The notes under the pieces were generated by a model. That model had not been told where the DNA came from. It searched no databases and worked only from the letters and a program-made list of their open reading frames with translations. A stretch of 40,102 nucleotides of DNA, taken from assembly GCA_947464015.1 (NCBI GenBank), contig CANHVE010000003.1, forward strand, positions 1 through 40,102, given 5' to 3'. How positions within the stretch are numbered: the first letter of the stretch is position 1; each line of letters begins with the position of its first letter. This DNA comes from Saprospirales bacterium. Lineage in GTDB: Bacteria > Bacteroidota > Bacteroidia > Chitinophagales > CAMDFR01. Below, one piece after another: positions 17,453-26,156 of the stretch. The position numbers and the translations under genes were made by a program.

Positions 17453-18682
17453 ATGCAATACATCGTCTATGCCATACCTGCTTTCTTTCTGCTGATAGGC
17501 GTAGAATTGCTCATTGACAAACTAAAAAAATCCGGCTATTATAAATTAAACGACACGGTTACAAATATTAATTTGGGCATAGGGTCACAATTAGTAGGGG
17601 TTTTTATAAAAGGATTAACATTAGGAGCTTACATCTATATCTACGAACATTTTCGATTTATACAAGAAATTCCTAACCAGGCACTCACCTTTATTTTACT
17701 CTTTATAGGAGTCGATTTTTTTTATTATTGGTTTCATCGATTGGCACACGAAATTGGCGTTTTATGGGGTTCACATGTAGTACATCATCAAAGTGAAGAA
17801 TATAATTTTTCCGTTGCACTTCGTCAAAGTTGGTCGCAAGGATTCTTCTCTTGGATCTTTTATATTCCTTTGGCATTTATAGGATTTAAGCCCGAAATGT
17901 TCGTCTTAGTAAGTGCTTTACAAACACTTTATCAGTTTTGGATTCACACAAAATTGATTCGTAAATTACCAAAACCTTTTGAATATCTTTTTAATACTCC
18001 TTCTCATCATCGTGTGCATCATGGACAAAATCCATTGTATATTGATAGAAATCATGGAGGGACTCTTATTGTTTTCGATAGAATGTTTGGTACTTTTCAA
18101 GAAGAACTAGAACCGCTTGTTTACGGCATAACCAAACCTGCCAATAGTTGGAATCCTATAGGGCTTAATGTCGATTATTGGAAAGATTGGTTTACTCATT
18201 TTGTACAAGCAAATGGTTGGATTAATAAATTAAAAACGATTTATAAAGCTCCAGGTTGGACAGATAAAGAGATAAAAACGCCTACATTTTCATCAGCAAA
18301 CATTCACAAATTTGATGTTTCTTTAAGCAAACAAATCAATGCGTATGTATTATTTCAATTTGTTGTTTTGTTGTTATTAAGCTCATTATTATTGAATATT
18401 ATTGGCGATCAATCCTTACATATAGAGCTATATCAAAAAGCATTCATAGCCTTGTATATGATATTTTGTTTATTTGCTATTGGTGCTATATTAGAAAATA
18501 AATCTTGGTCGAAAATTATTGAAGTGATACGCTTAATAATATTTCCAATATTTATGTATTATGTGATTGTATTAGCTCAATTACATCTAAATCTTCAACT
18601 GATAAGTATTGTTAGTTCGTTTTTTGCATTGCTCTCAATAACCTATTATTACTGGTCTGCAAAGAATCCTAACAAATTATAA
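17453..18682 (+). CDS. Fatty acid hydroxylase/sterol desaturase family di-iron enzyme, alkylglycerol monooxygenase-like
   Basis: His boxes HRLAHE, HVVHHQS, FWIHT and HHRVHH, plus a hydrophobic C-terminal extension. Confidence 0.88.
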   Translation: MQYIVYAIPAFFLLIGVELLIDKLKKSGYYKLNDTVTNINLGIGSQLVGVFIKGLTLGAYIYIYEHFRFIQEIPNQALTFILLFIGVDFFYYWFHRLAHEIGVLWGSHVVHHQSEEYNFSVALRQSWSQGFFSWIFYIPLAFIGFKPEMFVLVSALQTLYQFWIHTKLIRKLPKPFEYLFNTPSHHRVHHGQNPLYIDRNHGGTLIVFDRMFGTFQEELEPLVYGITKPANSWNPIGLNVDYWKDWFTHFVQANGWINKLKTIYKAPGWTDKEIKTPTFSSANIHKFDVSLSKQINAYVLFQFVVLLLLSSLLLNIIGDQSLHIELYQKAFIALYMIFCLFAIGAILENKSWSKIIEVIRLIIFPIFMYYVIVLAQLHLNLQLISIVSSFFALLSITYYYWSAKNPNKL

Positions 18683-18685
18683 TTG

Positions 18686-19270
18686 CTATTGTTTTTTGTT
18701 TAATTGTTTATATCTATGGCAGGTACAAAGATGATCGTTCACCATTCCTGCCGCTTGCATAAAGGCATAACAAATAGTTGAACCTACAAATTTAAACCCT
18801 TCTTTTTTTAAAGCTTTTGACATCGCATCACTTTCAGCTGATATAGCAGGTATTTCGGAGTGTGATTGAATTTGGTTTTGTATTACTTCATGATTGGTGA
18901 ATTGCCAAATATAATTACTAAATGAGCCATGCTCTTTTTGTAATCGTAAAAAATGTATTGCATTAGTTACAGTAGCTCTAATTTTTAATTGGTTTCGTAT
19001 TATGCCAGCATCCAGCATCAATGCTTGAATTTTTGCTTCTTCATACTTCGCAATTTTCTTCGCATTAAATTGATCAAATGCTTTTTTAAAATGTTCTCTT
19101 TTGTATAAAATCGTTTTCCAACTCAATCCTGCTTGAAAACTATCTAACACGATAAATTCAAATAATTTTGCATCATCATATACTGGAGTGCCCCACTCTT
19201 CGTCGTGATAGGTTATCATTAAAGGATCTTGTCCTGGCCACATACAGCCACTAGTAGTTTTTGTTTTCAT
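18686..19270 (-). CDS. tag: DNA-3-methyladenine glycosylase I
   Basis: YHDEEWG, FQAGLSW, IIRNQLKI and FKFVGSTICYAFMQAAGMVNDH. Start 19270 preferred; 19291 possible. Confidence 0.95.
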   Translation of the reverse strand: MKTKTTSGCMWPGQDPLMITYHDEEWGTPVYDDAKLFEFIVLDSFQAGLSWKTILYKREHFKKAFDQFNAKKIAKYEEAKIQALMLDAGIIRNQLKIRATVTNAIHFLRLQKEHGSFSNYIWQFTNHEVIQNQIQSHSEIPAISAESDAMSKALKKEGFKFVGSTICYAFMQAAGMVNDHLCTCHRYKQLNKKQ

Positions 19271-19291
19271 ATTTATTTCAAAAATAAGCAT

Positions 19292-19326
19292 AAAAAAAAC
19301 TCCTTCCCATAAATGAAAAAGAGTTT
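19292..19326 (-). terminator. Probable intrinsic terminator after the two T9SS-substrate genes
   Basis: Minus strand AAACTCTTTTTCAT-TT-ATGGGAAGGAG-T8; the stem needs G.U pairs. Confidence 0.55.
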
Positions 19327-19388
19327 CCTTAATAAAGCCAATTATTAATAATGCCTAGATATTCCTAAAAATATCTAAAGACCATTTT

Positions 19389-19730
19389 TTATTGTTTGTA
19401 AATTCTTTTGGTGATTTTTGCATCTCCTACATAAATATTTACTAAATACATTCCTGAAGATAAACCAGACAAATCAATATCTAAATTTTCTTCAGTAGTT
19501 TTTTTATAATATACATTACCAATTAAATTAGTGATTTCTACTCGTGCAGATTCTGAATTATTTATATCTACACTCAAATTAGTAATGACTAATGAAGGAT
19601 ATACTTTGCAATCTATTGATTTTGTAAAACTAGTGATTTCGTTTTGTTGAGGATCTGTAGCTTCTGCGGCTGCATATGTCAAATTACCTATAAAGAATAA
19701 GGCTATTAGTAAAAAGAGTCTTGCTTTCAT
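19389..19730 (-). CDS. Small protein consisting almost only of a signal peptide and a T9SS type A C-terminal sorting domain
   Basis: KVYPS...ITNLIG...IDLSGLSSGMYLVNI...TKRIYKQ matches the CTD pattern; only about 20 aa lie between the signal peptide and the CTD. Confidence 0.8.
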   Translation of the reverse strand: MKARLFLLIALFFIGNLTYAAAEATDPQQNEITSFTKSIDCKVYPSLVITNLSVDINNSESARVEITNLIGNVYYKKTTEENLDIDLSGLSSGMYLVNIYVGDAKITKRIYKQ

Positions 19731-19835
19731 AATATTCTGTTTTTTTGGACGTTATTACTTAATTAAAACGTATCAAAAATTCTCGTTAATGTTGAATTTT
19801 GAAAGTAGATTCTTTATCTATAGGCACTAATATTT

Positions 19836-20408
19836 TTAATAATTAAATAACTTGTCTGTAAATATATATTCTTTTTTTCGAAATTGCAAGTAATAAATGG
19901 CTTTTTGTAGCCCAAAACGACCAAGATTTATGTTTTTTATGTTTTTTTCACAAAATATCTTAGCTCCATATTCGTTGTATAGTGTTATTTCAAAGGGCTC
20001 TTCAGGTGTGTTTAATATGCTTAAATCTTGATTATCAGCAGAATAAAAGAAAGAAAAAGGATTTTCCAAAGGAGAAACAATAGCTAAATTGCTTTGAACA
20101 TAAAAACTACCTATCATTGCTAAATCTGCCTTACATTGATAATTGTGAGTTCCTAAGACAGTTGGTATATATCGATAGAGATTTTCAGTATCAGAGCTAA
20201 ATGAATCCGCTCCTGCAGGCAAAATGGTAGACTGAAGAGGAAGCAGAGATAATGGTCCATTAAATTCTACAGTATCACCTAAATTAATAATCATCGCGTT
20301 TGGTAAATAATTATGCCCATAATGTGTTCCAAAATGAACTACATATACTGTCGCATGAATCTTACAAAGGCATACAAATAAAGATAAGAGTAAATAAATC
20401 TTTCTCAT
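19836..20408 (-). CDS. Secreted cupredoxin/plastocyanin-like protein with a probable T9SS CTD
   Basis: Y-x-P..I.LGDTVEF and G-x-HNYQC...MIGSFYV fit the cupredoxin pattern; the C-terminus (ITLYNEYG...AIYYLQF...TDKL) resembles a degenerate CTD. Confidence 0.65.
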   Translation of the reverse strand: MRKIYLLLSLFVCLCKIHATVYVVHFGTHYGHNYLPNAMIINLGDTVEFNGPLSLLPLQSTILPAGADSFSSDTENLYRYIPTVLGTHNYQCKADLAMIGSFYVQSNLAIVSPLENPFSFFYSADNQDLSILNTPEEPFEITLYNEYGAKIFCEKNIKNINLGRFGLQKAIYYLQFRKKEYIFTDKLFNY

Positions 20409-20456
20409 TCTTATGTAAAACTAACAAATCTGCTTAATTTCGATAAAATATTTTCT

Positions 20457-21203
20457 ATGTTTCAAAATTATTTTACCGTATTTGTTTTATGCTGGATAGC
20501 CTTTGCAATTATCACTTTTATATCTCTATTCTTCATTAAACAACCCTACGGAAGACATAGTACATCCACTTTTGGTAAAATGATAGATAATCAACTTGGT
20601 TGGATTATCATGGAATTGCCATCACCGATTGTTTTTGCATATTTTTTTTTCACAGGAACAGCCACATTAACTTCTATACATTATTTGTTGTTTAGTTTAT
20701 ATATGATTCATTACATCAATAGAAGTATTATTTTCCCATTACGTATTCGTACTAAAAACAAAAAAATGCCTTTAATAATAGCCTTATCTGCTATATTTTT
20801 TAATTTGGTGAATGGATTTGTAAATGGTTATTATTTGGGAAATAATGCTATTACAAAAGAACCAATCATATTCATCGTTTTTGGATTTATCTTATTCGTC
20901 ATAGGCTTCTATATCAACAATAAATCAGATCATATATTATTACATTTAAGAGGTAAAGACGAAACGGGGTATAAAATTCCAAAAGGATTTTTATTTGAAA
21001 AAGTTACATCGCCAAATTATTTTGGTGAAATTTTAGAATGGTTAGGGTTTTGTATAATGAATATCCATATTGCCTCTATCTCATTTTTAGTATGGACTTT
21101 GGCCAATCTAATTCCCAGAGCTAGAGATCACCATCAGTGGTATAAAGACAAGTTTGAGAACTATCCAACAGACAGAAAAAGAATATTCCCTTATATATAT
21201 TAA
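20457..21203 (+). CDS. 3-oxo-5-alpha-steroid 4-dehydrogenase (SRD5A) family protein
   Basis: PYGRH, WIIMELPS, HYINRS, GYKIPKGFLFEKVTSPNYFGEILEWLGF and NLIPRARDHHQWY. Confidence 0.9.
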   Translation: MFQNYFTVFVLCWIAFAIITFISLFFIKQPYGRHSTSTFGKMIDNQLGWIIMELPSPIVFAYFFFTGTATLTSIHYLLFSLYMIHYINRSIIFPLRIRTKNKKMPLIIALSAIFFNLVNGFVNGYYLGNNAITKEPIIFIVFGFILFVIGFYINNKSDHILLHLRGKDETGYKIPKGFLFEKVTSPNYFGEILEWLGFCIMNIHIASISFLVWTLANLIPRARDHHQWYKDKFENYPTDRKRIFPYIY

Positions 21204-21204
21204 A

Positions 21205-22008
21205 CTAGCAATGATTAGGATTATTACCGTTTATACAGGCATTAAATTCTATTGGATCGTGTGAGCAAATGAATCGTACTTGATCTTTACTAGCGTTGTA
21301 AAATTGTTGTAATCGGTTTTGATTCTTTCTTCGGTCATCACTATTAAAATCGATAAAATATTGTATAAGCCTAATTCCAAAAGGCGTTTCGCTAGGATTT
21401 TTTTTAATCGTATCTCTGTGATAGTAAGCGTCTCCACAATGAAACAACCACCCCTTATCCGTCAATATAGCTACTCCACAATGTCCTGATGTATGCCCAC
21501 GCAAAGGAACCAATAAGATTTCTTCGTTTTTATCTAAGATGTTTGATTTGTTGAATCCGTTCCATTTTTCACCATAAATATCATGTATACACCAGTTTGT
21601 TTCATGTTTAAATTGTTGTAAGCTATAGCCAGGCAATGGGTTTTCGTTATTATATACATTATCATATTCGTAGCGTAAAATATGAATTTTAGCCTTCGGA
21701 AAATCGCTTAAGCCTCCTGCGTGGTCTGCATGAAGATGAGTTAAAACAATATGTTTAATATCTGAAGCTACATAACCCATTTTTTGAATTTGAGATAATG
21801 CCGTTTCTTGCATTTCTAATTTAGGTTTCACAAAGCTGCGAAAAGTTTTATCTAATCTTTTTTTAGGGTATTCAATATCCTTTGTTCCTAATCCGGTATC
21901 AACCAACATTAATCCCTCAGGACTTTCAATAAGTAGACAGTGGCAAACCATTTGACCAATTAGTGGATTGAGTGTTGCGCAGTTTAAATGATGTATTTTT
22001 AAAGGCAT
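21205..22008 (-). CDS. MBL-fold metallo-hydrolase (lactonase-like)
   Basis: LVDTG, THLHADHAGG, GHTSGH, GDAYY and CSHD. Confidence 0.9.
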   Translation of the reverse strand: MPLKIHHLNCATLNPLIGQMVCHCLLIESPEGLMLVDTGLGTKDIEYPKKRLDKTFRSFVKPKLEMQETALSQIQKMGYVASDIKHIVLTHLHADHAGGLSDFPKAKIHILRYEYDNVYNNENPLPGYSLQQFKHETNWCIHDIYGEKWNGFNKSNILDKNEEILLVPLRGHTSGHCGVAILTDKGWLFHCGDAYYHRDTIKKNPSETPFGIRLIQYFIDFNSDDRRKNQNRLQQFYNASKDQVRFICSHDPIEFNACINGNNPNHC

Positions 22009-22057
22009 TTGTAAATATAAAGAAAATAATAAAACTAGGGAATACTTCTCTTAAAAC

Positions 22058-22483
22058 TTACTTTGTTTTCAATTGTTCAATCATTATTTTTTTAAACTCG
22101 CGTTCTGCTTGTTTAAGTTTAATTAGTTTTTTGGCAGAGATTATTAATAGAAACTTATCAGCAAATTTTTTATTAATCGCATATCGTTGGTTTTCCAATT
22201 CAAGCTCTTTATAAATAAATTGTTTGGCTTCTGTTTCGCTCATCTGATCAATGGTTTTTCCTATCGCTTTGAGAGGACGCTCTAGATTATCCAGTTCGGT
22301 ATGATACTCATTGTAAACAGGCCAAAACTTTTGAGCTTCTTCAGGCGTTAAATTCATTTGTGAAGTAATATAAGCGTTTCGCATAGCTTCTATTTTCTCT
22401 TTTCGTTGAGAAGGATTGGTGGATTGTGCTTGTGCTATTACAACGTATATAAATAATAGACTTACTAAGATTGTATTTTTCAT
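22058..22483 (-). CDS. Periplasmic helical Spy/CpxP-like protein associated with an ECF sigma factor
   Basis: Signal peptide; MNLTPEEAQKFWPVYNEY motif; third gene of the ECF cluster. Confidence 0.75.
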   Translation of the reverse strand: MKNTILVSLLFIYVVIAQAQSTNPSQRKEKIEAMRNAYITSQMNLTPEEAQKFWPVYNEYHTELDNLERPLKAIGKTIDQMSETEAKQFIYKELELENQRYAINKKFADKFLLIISAKKLIKLKQAEREFKKIMIEQLKTK

Positions 22484-22484
22484 T

Positions 22485-22976
22485 TTATATATTTATTTCT
22501 GTGTTATCTAATTCTATCCAATCGTCTAAAAGTTGTTTTTTTTCTTCTTCTGTTAGATCGTTACTTGATTTATAAATAGGCAATTTTAAACTATTGCTTT
22601 GCTTAATCAACTCTTCTTCATTTATCTCATCCATATGATTAATTAAATAGATTTCAATTTCAGCGTCCTCTATTTTACTTAATTGACTTCTTACTTCTTT
22701 TTCACTTAAACCTGGAGCAGTATTTTGTGTTAATTGAAACCAAAAAAAACTAAAGAAACACAAAGCAAATATAGCAGCAATGAATAATGGCTTAAAAAAA
22801 GGAATAATCGAAGTATTAGAAGTGATTTGCGGATGGTGAATCTTTTGTAACAATTCATTTTCAAAATTTTCAAAATAGGAATCGGGAACTAAAAAAGGAT
22901 TTTTTTTAGATAAATTTTTGAAGGCCTCTATGTGGTCGTCTTCCATATTTTGATTATGATTTGCATCCATTTTCAT
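22485..22976 (-). CDS. Putative anti-sigma factor (single TM helix)
   Basis: KNPFLVPDSYFENF motif followed by a TM helix; directly downstream of the ECF sigma. Start may be a later Met. Confidence 0.7.
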   Translation of the reverse strand: MKMDANHNQNMEDDHIEAFKNLSKKNPFLVPDSYFENFENELLQKIHHPQITSNTSIIPFFKPLFIAAIFALCFFSFFWFQLTQNTAPGLSEKEVRSQLSKIEDAEIEIYLINHMDEINEEELIKQSNSLKLPIYKSSNDLTEEEKKQLLDDWIELDNTEINI

Positions 22977-23000
22977 TAGATAAGTATTAGGGTATTTGGT

Positions 23001-23558
23001 TTAATCTTTTTTTAAATATTCTTCTATTTTTTTAACTGCATGGTGAAAACTAGCTTTGAGAGCACCTACAGAGGTATTCAGTATTTGAGCCATTTCTTCA
23101 TATTTTAATTCCTCATAGTATTTCATTGTAAAAACAATCCGTTGTTTGTCTGGTAATAATTGAATCGCTTTTTGAAATTTGATATCCGCTTCACCACCAT
23201 CAAAATAAGGATCTGCTTTTAACTGGTTTTCAATCGACTGATTGTTAGATTCTTCATGGTCATTTAATAAAAACGAAAAAGTATAAACTTTTTTTTGTTT
23301 TCTAAGAAAAGTCATGGTTTCGTTATAAGCAATTTTATATAGCCAAGTAGATAATTGAGCTTCTTCTCTAAAAAGATCTATACCCGACCATGCTTTTAGA
23401 AACACATTTTGCAATATATCATGGGTGTCTTCATGTTGTAATACGATTCGACGTATTTGATAATATAGTTGTTGCTGATATTTTTTCACAAGTAAGGTAA
23501 AAGCCTTTTCTTTAGAGGCTTCTACACGAAACAGGGCTACTAACTCTTTATCAGTCAT
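23001..23558 (-). CDS. ECF RNA polymerase sigma-70 factor
   Basis: Region 2 (DILQNVFLKAW, LSTWLYKIAYN) and region 4 (LPDKQRIVF...YEEMAQILNTSVGALKASFHHA). Start MTDKE at 23558 preferred. Confidence 0.95.
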   Translation of the reverse strand: MTDKELVALFRVEASKEKAFTLLVKKYQQQLYYQIRRIVLQHEDTHDILQNVFLKAWSGIDLFREEAQLSTWLYKIAYNETMTFLRKQKKVYTFSFLLNDHEESNNQSIENQLKADPYFDGGEADIKFQKAIQLLPDKQRIVFTMKYYEELKYEEMAQILNTSVGALKASFHHAVKKIEEYLKKD

Positions 23559-23631
23559 GTTATATATATATATGGACAATACGTTTAAATTCATAAACGT
23601 AAGAATAAAGAAGTAGTATATAAGCCTTATC

Positions 23632-24591
23632 TTATTTTCTGCTGATGGCTTTCATTGCGGCTTCTACCACGTTTTTGCTGTCTAAGCCATACTCAGTCAT
23701 TAATTGATCGGGAGTACCACTTTGACCAAAAGCATCGTTAACAGCTACAAATTCAGCAGGACATGGATAATGTTGACTCAACAATTGTGATATCGTGGCC
23801 CCTAATCCACCCAGCTTTTGATGTTCTTCGGCAATAACTACACATTTTGTCTTACGAACAGAGTTTAAGACAGCCGTTTCATCTAAAGGTTTAATGGTAT
23901 GTATATTTATTAATTCAACTTGAATGCCTTTTTCTTGTAATGCTTTAGTAGCTTCAATACTTTTCCAAACCATATGTCCGGTAGCTATAATGGTAACATC
24001 ATTTCCTTCTTGCATTAAAATAGCTTTTCCAATTTCAAAACCTTCATTTAAAGGAGTAAAATTGGGCCATTTAGGTCTACCAAAACGTAAATAAACAGGA
24101 CCCACATGATCTGCAATAGCAAGCGTAGCTAGCTTCGTTTGATTAAAATCACATGGATTTATAACGGTAAAGCCCGGTAACATTTGCATTAAACCAATAT
24201 CTTCTAAAATTTGGTGAGTTGCACCATCTTCCCCTAAAGTTAGCCCCGCGTGAGAGCAGCATATTTTAACGTTTTTGCCAGAATAAGCCACAGATTGTCT
24301 AATTTGATCATACACTCTACCTGTACCGAAATTAGCAAAAGTTGTAGCAAAAGGAATTTTATCATCTATCGCTAAACCTGCTGAAATCCCTATCATATTC
24401 GCTTCAGCAATACCACATTGAATAAATCGATCTGGAAATTCTTTTTCAAATTCTTCTAATTTTAAAGAGCCAGTTAAATCTGCACAAAGAGCAATTACAT
24501 TAGGATTTTTTCTACCTAATTCTACCATTGCTTCTCCAAATCCTGAACGGGTATCTTTTTGGTTTTGTTCTACGTATTTTTCCAGTGCCAT
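23632..24591 (-). CDS. Transketolase, C-terminal (pyrimidine-binding) subunit
   Basis: ADLTGS, GIAEANM, GEDGATHQ, GPVYLRFGR, IKPLD and EEHQ. Confidence 0.93.
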   Translation of the reverse strand: MALEKYVEQNQKDTRSGFGEAMVELGRKNPNVIALCADLTGSLKLEEFEKEFPDRFIQCGIAEANMIGISAGLAIDDKIPFATTFANFGTGRVYDQIRQSVAYSGKNVKICCSHAGLTLGEDGATHQILEDIGLMQMLPGFTVINPCDFNQTKLATLAIADHVGPVYLRFGRPKWPNFTPLNEGFEIGKAILMQEGNDVTIIATGHMVWKSIEATKALQEKGIQVELINIHTIKPLDETAVLNSVRKTKCVVIAEEHQKLGGLGATISQLLSQHYPCPAEFVAVNDAFGQSGTPDQLMTEYGLDSKNVVEAAMKAISRK

Positions 24592-24601
24592 ATTTGTGTT
24601 T

Positions 24602-25885
24602 TTATAGGTTTTCTTGATCTATTGGTTTTACATTCACTTTAATTATTTTATTGTCAGCAGCTTCTATAATAGTATATACATAATCTCCAATACTCAACTC
24701 TTCATTCTGTTCAGGAATGGATTCATGTTCATATAATATATATCCATTAAGGGTTTCATAACTTTCTGATGAAGGAATATCTAAATGATATTTTTCATTT
24801 ATTAAATCAATTTCCATATCACCTGAAAATACATAGGTGCCATTTTGAAGCGCGGTATCTGTTTGATCATCTACATCATGTTCATCTTCAATCTCTCCAA
24901 AAATCTCTTCGATTAAATCTTCTAAAGTAACAATACCCGCCGTTCCACCATATTCATCAATTACAATCGACATGTTTTTTCGGTCTTTGATAAATGTATA
25001 TAATAAATCTCTAGCAGTACTAGTTTCTGCAACTGTCACTGTTTTACGAATTAATGGTTTAATGTCTGTTGGGTTTTTGAATAAATCTTGATGGTAGATA
25101 TAACCTACAATATTATCAATCGAATTTTCGTAAACTAAGATTCTTGAATGTTGTGTTTCGATAAACTTCTTTTTCAATTCATCTACGCTACAATTGCTAT
25201 TGACAGCCTCTACTTTCATTCGGTGAACCATGCATTCTCTAACTTTTACATCTTTTAGATAGAGGGCTTTTTCAAAAATTTCGGCATCAATTTCATTGTC
25301 TTCTTCTTTTGCTTCAATATCAACTGAACCACTTGATGCTTCTTTAATTAAGTATTCTAAATCTATAGCACTAAATTCTTCTTTATGCGATTCTAATTCT
25401 TTTCCTAAAAATATCTTCATAAACACCTTAGACGTTTTTACTAATACCCAGGTGAATGGATAAAGAATAGTATGTATAATTTTTAAGGGAATAGCAAAAA
25501 AGGATAGCGTTTTATCTGGGTTAATTCTAAAAAGTGCTTTCGGAAAAAACTCCCCTAAAAACAATACAAATGCAGTAGTAATAATAGTTTGAATGACTAA
25601 TAATACAATACGATTATGAGGTAAGAGAGTAAAATTTTCGGGCACTAAAAAATTAGCCATGATACTACCGAAAATAATCACACAGATATTTAATCCAACT
25701 AAGAGAGTACTTACAAATTCGTGTCTGTGTTCATTGAAATCGGATAAAATTTTGCCAGAAGTACTGCCTTTGTTTTTGTCAAGCTCAATTCTTAATTTAT
25801 TAGCCGATAAAAAAGCAATCTCAATTCCAGAGAAAAAAGCGATGACTAATAATACAATAATGCTTGAAAGGATGTAAATAAACAT
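24602..25885 (-). CDS. Hemolysin family CNNM-CBS-CorC protein
   Basis: AFFSGIEIAF, GEFFPKA, HSRILVY and VIDEYGGTAGIVTLEDLIEEIFGEIEDEHD. Confidence 0.93.
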   Translation of the reverse strand: MFIYILSSIIVLLVIAFFSGIEIAFLSANKLRIELDKNKGSTSGKILSDFNEHRHEFVSTLLVGLNICVIIFGSIMANFLVPENFTLLPHNRIVLLVIQTIITTAFVLFLGEFFPKALFRINPDKTLSFFAIPLKIIHTILYPFTWVLVKTSKVFMKIFLGKELESHKEEFSAIDLEYLIKEASSGSVDIEAKEEDNEIDAEIFEKALYLKDVKVRECMVHRMKVEAVNSNCSVDELKKKFIETQHSRILVYENSIDNIVGYIYHQDLFKNPTDIKPLIRKTVTVAETSTARDLLYTFIKDRKNMSIVIDEYGGTAGIVTLEDLIEEIFGEIEDEHDVDDQTDTALQNGTYVFSGDMEIDLINEKYHLDIPSSESYETLNGYILYEHESIPEQNEELSIGDYVYTIIEAADNKIIKVNVKPIDQENL

Positions 25886-25898
25886 ATAACAAAGATAA

Positions 25899-26141
25899 TT
25901 AATTCAAACTTTTGTCTGACTTGTTTTTATCTACATCTTCGTCTCTTTTCTTCATTTTCTCAGTAAATTCTCTTTGAGATTTTAAGTTTCGCCACAAAAA
26001 AATACAAAGAATACCACAAACGATGGGCATATATACATGATTATCTACTTGCTTATTTTTAATCAAATTAAAAACAGCTACAAAAATAGATAGCGCAAAA
26101 GCGGTAATCCAAAGACGTTCAAATACAATTAACATTTTCAT
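25899..26141 (-). CDS. Small two-TM hypothetical membrane protein
   Basis: 80 aa with two hydrophobic helices and a charged tail; fills the gap between lptC and the CNNM gene on the same strand. Confidence 0.7.
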   Translation of the reverse strand: MKMLIVFERLWITAFALSIFVAVFNLIKNKQVDNHVYMPIVCGILCIFLWRNLKSQREFTEKMKKRDEDVDKNKSDKSLN

Positions 26142-26156
26142 ATTGATGATTTTTAT

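Noticed and set aside
22058-23558. ECF sigma/anti-sigma/Spy-like triad as a new system
   Set aside because: A widespread Bacteroidota arrangement; listed as features only.
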